From Eledone cirrhosa (Eukaryota), in contig OZ024747.1 in the NCBI GenBank assembly GCA_964016885.1, positions 64,170,001 to 64,234,000 on the forward strand: DNA of 64,000 nt, written 5' to 3'. Shown in pieces: positions 57,793-64,000 of this stretch (position 1 is the stretch's first letter; each line of letters opens with the position of its first letter). The position numbers and the translations under genes are program-made. Below the pieces are notes generated by a model. It was given only the letters and a program-made list of their open reading frames with translations. It made no database searches and was not told the origin of the DNA.

Positions 57793-57802
<10 letters not shown>
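57398..57802. mobile_element. Family B fold-back element, most complete copy; intact hammerheads at 57694-57760 (+) and 57526-57592 (-)
   Basis: 86 bp tail (hairpin 57452-57479), arms 57484-57633 / 57653-57802, CTGATGA 57700-57706, GAAA 57743-57746, ATGCGCAT-A. Confidence 0.9.
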
Positions 57803-57824
<22 letters not shown>

Positions 57825-58033
57825 TTCGTTTCTGAATTTGTTTAGCAAGATTCTTTATCTGAAAACGTGTGTTGAAACCGATATCATATACTTTGGGATG
57901 GTCATGTTGCCAATAAGAAACACACGCACCAGTTGCTTTCACTTCAATTTATTATAATAAATTTATAAATTTAGGAATTTATAAATTTCCTGTTGTTTGG
58001 TTGGTTCCACAACCAGATGATTGTTTATATATT

Positions 58034-58387
58034 GTCAAAGTTCTTTCGTCACACATTCTGTGACGCTTCAGTGACTGGGGGTTCTTTTCTTTGGTTTTTT
58101 TAATAGAAAACATGAGTAGAACAGCAACATCACAACTTACAATTAAGGACAAAATGAAAACACACACGCACATAGAACAAACAACCAACCAGTAACATGT
58201 AAATAAACAAATAAATAAACGAATATAAACACACACAGACACCCGGATGTAACACATGCGCAAACTAAGCACACAACGCACACACAAAAACAAGATGGCG
58301 TAGGACAGAACAAAGGAGAGGCACAAAAAACAAAGAAAAGAACCCCCAGTCACTGAAGAGATCACATACTGTGTGACGAAAGAACTC
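58034..58387. mobile_element. Inverted-repeat element with hammerhead-like motifs in both ~62 bp arms
   Basis: IR 58039-58100 / 58325-58386. Plus strand CTGAAGA(58353-58359) g.tcaca..tgtgac GAAA GAAC TC. Minus strand gtca CTGAAGC gtcaca..tgtgac GAAA GAAC TT tgac. Confidence 0.65.
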
Positions 58388-58412
58388 CCAAAGTATCACC
58401 ATATATATATAG

Positions 58413-58445
<33 letters not shown>

Positions 58446-58967
58446 TATATATATATACATTGAGAAAGAGAGAGCAAAATCATATACAAATATAGAAATA
58501 TATACTAGCAAATAACGGAGTTAATAGTAAAAAAAAATGTTTAAATTTCTTGATTACAACATTCTATGTAAAGAAAACTCAAGCCTGAATATTCCATGAA
58601 TTTCCCCCTATTCGCACTCTTATGGGAAATGCAGATAAATATAAACATTTGAATTTCTCGAATGCTAGGTGAGAGCGTTTAACCATTACACCAAAACGCA
58701 TCTGACCGCGAATTACCTTCGTTTTAGAAGCTATCATTTTTAAGCTAGATGTATCGGCAGCATTTGGTTAATCAATTACACCTTGAAGTGGAGGTATGTT
58801 GTAAGCCCTGTAAGAACTATTGATTCCAAAGTACAACACTGGTGATATAGTCAAAGATGTGCATCTGTGGTTGTATGAAAAATAAGTTAACATAGAAAGA
58901 AGCTAAATGAAATGAATCTGACTAAACTAACTTTGTATTGTATGTATGGTCCCGTAATTCAATACAA

Positions 58968-59250
58968 CGTCCCTACGATAGAATCGTAGGGACACCGTAT
59001 TGACATACGGCGGTGTTTCTTGGGAATTTTAAAGCCTGGCGGAGCCCATCCCTCTCCTGACCTGAGTACAGCAGATTTCTTCCAGAGAGAGGAAGAATCG
59101 GAACCAGTACAAGACTGGTACTTTTTTTATCGACCGCGAAAGGATGAGAGACAAAGTTGACCTCGGCGGGATTTGACCTAAGAGAGCAGAGAGTCGAACG
59201 AATGCCATAACGCATTCTATCCGACGTTCTAACGATTCGTTGCAAATATC
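58968..59250 (-). mobile_element. SINE with S1-like head/core but a different 3' tail (second copy 61665-61945)
   Basis: S1-type block joined to ..aatctgctgtactc.gg..ccaggc..aaaat.cccaagaaac.ccg..tgtcaatacgg..ctacga in both copies. Confidence 0.65.
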
Positions 59251-59911
59251 CGCTAACAAAAATATTGCATGTACAGTATATAAAATGAAGCAAGACAATT
59301 GATCATTGCAGGAGGGGCTTTAATCGTTAACAGAGAATATTTACATAAACACACAAGAGAACAGTTACATTGTTTCACTAGTTAACACTAAATATATTCA
59401 CATAGTTATATAACAAAACAGCTGGTTACTTTACATTGTATAATAAATTTGCTCAGAAATACTATCAATACAATGGTACAAGAGAACAGTTGGATATGTA
59501 CACAGGATAATAGCTTACATAATAGACTCCATAGACAGAACAAGAAAGCTGGTTACCTATATTAGAGAATCGTTGACATTGGATAATTACATAGAGTATT
59601 GAACTGTTGGAGAATTATATCAGAGAATAAATGGTGTATTATCGTACAGCTAAAGAGAATGTTTATAATCTGCGTATGCGTGTGTGAGCGTTTGGGTCTG
59701 TGTGTGCTTGTGTGAGTGTCTGTGTGTGATAAGGAAAAGTTACCGATTTAGAACATAATTTGTTTCAGAGAAAGCAATAATTTTAAATTTTGGGCCTGGC
59801 CATTTGTTTGGGGGAGAAAATATGATTTTCCTCACATATACGGAGGGTCAACATCGAAACCCTCTCTTGCTCTTCTCACTATAATAAACAAATTTATTCA
59901 AATTTTACCGT

Positions 59912-60449
59912 GCGTGGATTGGCATGAATCCGTAGAGCATCGGACTAAATGCTTCGCGGCATAGAACTACGGCCTTTAACGTTCTGATTTCAAATCCCGC
60001 CGAAGTTAGCTTTGCCTTTCATCCTTACAGGGTCGATAAAATATAGTACCAGTATCCACCGAAGTTGATTTAATCGAATTACCCCTCTCCTTTCAAATTG
60101 CTGGTCTTGTGCCTAAAGTAGAAACAATTATTTTACGTGTTTTTTTAGGCCAGAATCCGTCTCTTCAGACACGGAATGATTGGTTACCTTTTATTACATA
60201 GCAGGTTCAATATATGTCTATCTCCTGATCTATGTAGAAACTAAATAACGTTATCTCCCAAAATTGTTTCTACTTTAGGCACAAGGCCAGCAATTACCCA
60301 GTACATTACTGGTACTTTATTTTATCGACCCCGTAAGGATGAAAGGCAAAGTTAACCTCGGTGGGATTTGAACTCAGACTGTAAAGGGATGTAACTATGC
60401 TAGAAAGCATGGCGTCCAACCCTCTACTGATACTGCCAATTCACCGCCC
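59912..60449. mobile_element. Two SINE S1 copies tail-to-tail (59912-60128 +, 60262-60449 -)
   Basis: S1 consensus on opposite strands. Confidence 0.8.
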
Positions 60450-63400
60450 TATCACCCATAATGATTGTTGGATATCAGCTTCGAATAAATGCATCAACAG
60501 AGCTCGATGTATTGAGCTCATATTCTACTCTGTGTGTATGCATGTACGTACATAAATAGACATGCACACACACACACACATACATAAATACAGACACACA
60601 CATAAATATACATGCACACTCACTCACATAAATATACATGCACACACACACACACAAGTAGACATACGCACACACACACACACACAAATATATATAAATA
60701 TATATAATCGGTGACATGCATCTCTGGCATATCTAGCTACAACTGTTATTGACATAATGAGATAAGCAACGGACTGTCAATGACTGTCTCTTACTCTCCC
60801 CTTTATCTACTTTCCATATAATCACTCCTCCCTTCTCTACCTTTTTTCTCTATTATTCTTCATTTGCCTCTGGATTGAATTACATGGAACAGATGAAATA
60901 TGAATACCACCTTATTTACTTCAGGAAAATAGAAAATCAGAGATGTACTATTGAACTTTCTCCCAGAGTCACATCAACTTGAGTAAACGAATACAGATAG
61001 GTATCATCAAATCAAACAATTGCAAAGATACCAACATATGTTCCGTTTGATATTTATACTCAATTCCATACATAACTATGGAATGATTGCACTAGATGAA
61101 AATATCAATTTCCTGGTAGGTTCCTGTGAAAAGGACCCATATCTTTTACAGGTTCAACAATATAAACGGAGCTGTAATATACCCAAGCTGAATCAATAGA
61201 CTACACACTCTCTCGCACAAGAATTTCTATAGTAAATTATGAATGAAATAGAAAATGTATAAATGAGAATATGCATGTATGGGCCCATAACACTTTACTG
61301 AGTTACACGGGCGCCGTGAAAATAGTATTTATTGGGTATATTAAATCTTGCGTAACGCATCCCTTCCCTTGGGGTCTGAATACAGCCAAAATCGTCGAGA
61401 GAGGGAAAGAGAGATAGAATGAAAAAAAAAACGGTAAAGATAGAGTGTTAGTGAAGGGGGAAGTATCGACCTCAGTACTAGACAGGTAATTTCAATCGAC
61501 ATCAAAATGGTAGGCACGATTAAATTGAATTCTGAGAACAGAGAATTGGAAGGAATAACTCAAATCATTTTTCCCGACGTTCTAACGACCTTGCCAATTC
61601 ATCGACTATAACGTTATTTAGATCTTTTCAGTCAACAACCCAGGTTGCATACATACATGATCGCGTAACACCTGATAAAGTCGTAGAGGCGCCGTATTGA
61701 CATGCGGCGTTTCTTGGGCATTTTATGCCTGGTGGAGACCATCCATCTGCAGGCCCGAGTACAGCAGATTTCCTCCAAAGAAAGAGAGAGGAAATGAGAA
61801 ATAAGTATATAGGAAGAACTGACCACCAGTACTGGACTGGTACATTTTGTTCGACCTCGAAAGGATGAAACCCGAAAAACAGAGAGCCAGAACACATACG
61901 ATAAAGCATTGTATCCTACGTTCTAACGACTCTGCCAATTCGCCTCATATAGAGAAACCAGGTTATACCTAACTTAATAGCACTATTTGCTATAGGGCAT
62001 AATTTGGAACACCACATCTAACTATAGCAAGGCGTCGCTGTTGGCTGAAACATCTTTGGCTGTTGGTGATTTGTTTTATATACTAATGAGGGATATACGC
62101 AGACACAATTTGAAGGATTTGGGACCAGACTTATCTTTTCGCACCAAGATCTATTCGAACAAGATTTGATGCGGTAAGGTTGTTGCGTTACAAAATGGGT
62201 ATAAGCTGTGGGGTTGAATTTGATAAGGGTGTACATGACCCCAAGTGTAGATAGATTTGTAAACCTGATGATAACATGTTTTGGGCAACGTTGATTGCGT
62301 GTTTCACAAATTGTACACATATTTTAATTTAAGATTTCTAAAAATATGAACATATTTTTAGATCCTTTTTCCTTTAAAATTACGCAGAATTACGCATCGA
62401 CCTTCTTTTTTACATTCTTTTAAGAATGCTTCTAAACAGTAAACCTTTGTCTACTTTATTCCCTTTCCAATGAAAACAATATCGTCTCTATTTCTAGCGT
62501 TGAAGATCCCACTTTACATTCTTCTCCATTTGTCAAAATATTAACTCTATTATATCCTTGGGAATAGCCTAGAAGCAACGGTCATATATCATAATAGAAT
62601 AGTTCAAGCACAAAAAAAAAAAAAAAAAAAAACTAACATCAAATAACAAATATAACGTTGATTATTCGTTAACAGACGACAAGAATATTCTGAACCGAGT
62701 TATTATTTTGATGGATGATTGTAAAATTACCCTCGATAATCTAAGTACTGAAACATCTCAAATTTTCATTCATGCAATTTAAATGAAAGATATCTAATGA
62801 ACATTTCCTTTCAATCTTGGATATTTTATTTTTGTATTTCTCGTTGCATACATAGTCCCCGAGGAATGTTCAAAGATGGCCATACAGTTAGTTTAACAGT
62901 TACTACCTAACGCAACGTTATCAACTAATTTTTATTCATGAGAATCTAGGGACTAATCTTTTTATAAATATTATTTCTAGAAGGTCATATGCTAGTTTGT
63001 TATTCCCGGAATATTGTACATAAATTATTCAAATTGTCTTTCAAATGAAATGAAATATTTTAAAATTATTCATACAAAAACAAAAGATGTTGTTTGTTTT
63101 GTTGCGTTTCCGATCCTGCTGTGAAAGGAAAGCCGTTTGTATTAATAAATTAACCAGTCAGTGAAGGGACGTGTTTACTATACACATTTTCTACTGCTCT
63201 GTGGTATTCATACAGTTACTTTCCACCCCATCCTTCTTTGTACATTCATACAAGTGTCCCATGAATTAGGTTTGATACAAAACACTCATGCATTTAATTA
63301 GTTGGAGGAAATTAAGATGAGTTGAATCTCTTGGGTAAAGCCCACACAAAACGCAGCAAATAGGAATCTTTCTAATTACATATTGACAGAATAAAGGGAC

Positions 63401-63812
63401 TCATAATTACACTAGCTTTCTTATTTCAACAATAAGGGCAATGTAACTATCTCAATATAGTCATTATGATTAACAGCATCACGAGTATTTACCTTTCTTG
63501 GTTGTTTTAAATTCACTATCAATGGGAATGTATTGTGTAAGTCATAGAACTTGATCGCTTTAAGAGAACAGCACGATTTTATGTACATTGTTTCATATTC
63601 AAATATCAATTTAATACGTAGCGGTCGGCAATATTGAAAACATTGACTGTCAAAGAGAACATGGTGCTGTCACTCCTTTCAAGCAAAAGAGTTTGACATG
63701 GAACACGAAGCTATAGAAGAAAAATAATTAGTTTAAGAGATTAAAAATGCGAAACAACGTGGGAAACTCTATGCATTGGCTCAGACAACTAAGATATGAA
63801 TGCCACATTAGG

Positions 63813-63869
<57 letters not shown>

Positions 63870-64000
63870 GGGTTGACGGACCCAGCATATTTATCAATGC
63901 CAGTACCGGTTGTATCTCAGCGCACTCAATGTGCAATGTAAGATACATTACCAGAGTATACACAGTTATTTGCCTCAACACAACACACGTAAAACGGGTG

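Noticed and set aside
62018-62320. 100 aa non-repetitive ORF
   Set aside because: No recognisable domain. The length is compatible with chance or a decayed LINE.

Overview
AT-rich, microsatellite-dense eukaryotic DNA with no supportable host gene. Nearly all ORFs in the track are translated (TA)n/(CA)n/(TG)n repeats. The repeat repertoire suggests a cephalopod/octopus-like mollusc, which is inference. The ordinary content is more than 20 copies of a tRNA-headed SINE with 15-17 bp TSDs, a second CORE-like SINE, and decayed non-LTR retrotransposon fragments (CRE-like RLE x5, R4/Dong-like in (TAA)n x2, RTE-like x2). The notable signal is a set of short, non-coding, mutually dissimilar elements in (TA)n arrays that share one architecture: (TA)n, then a 3' tail with a conserved AG(C/T)RCTC...GAG(T/C) hairpin, a long arm, a fold-back centre, a shorter inverted arm, and (TA)n again. 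The arms carry type I hammerhead ribozyme (HHR) motifs reading outward from the centre. I read about 9 loci with full or near-full HHR cores, plus several half or decayed ones. The two arms of one copy share copy-private mutations, and fold-back points or deletions coincide with ribozyme helices or the cleavage site. The best interpretation is non-autonomous, microsatellite-targeting Penelope-like (PLE)/retrozyme-like retroelements mobilised in trans. No autonomous partner (RT + GIY-YIG) is visible here. All folds were read by eye and none was computed.
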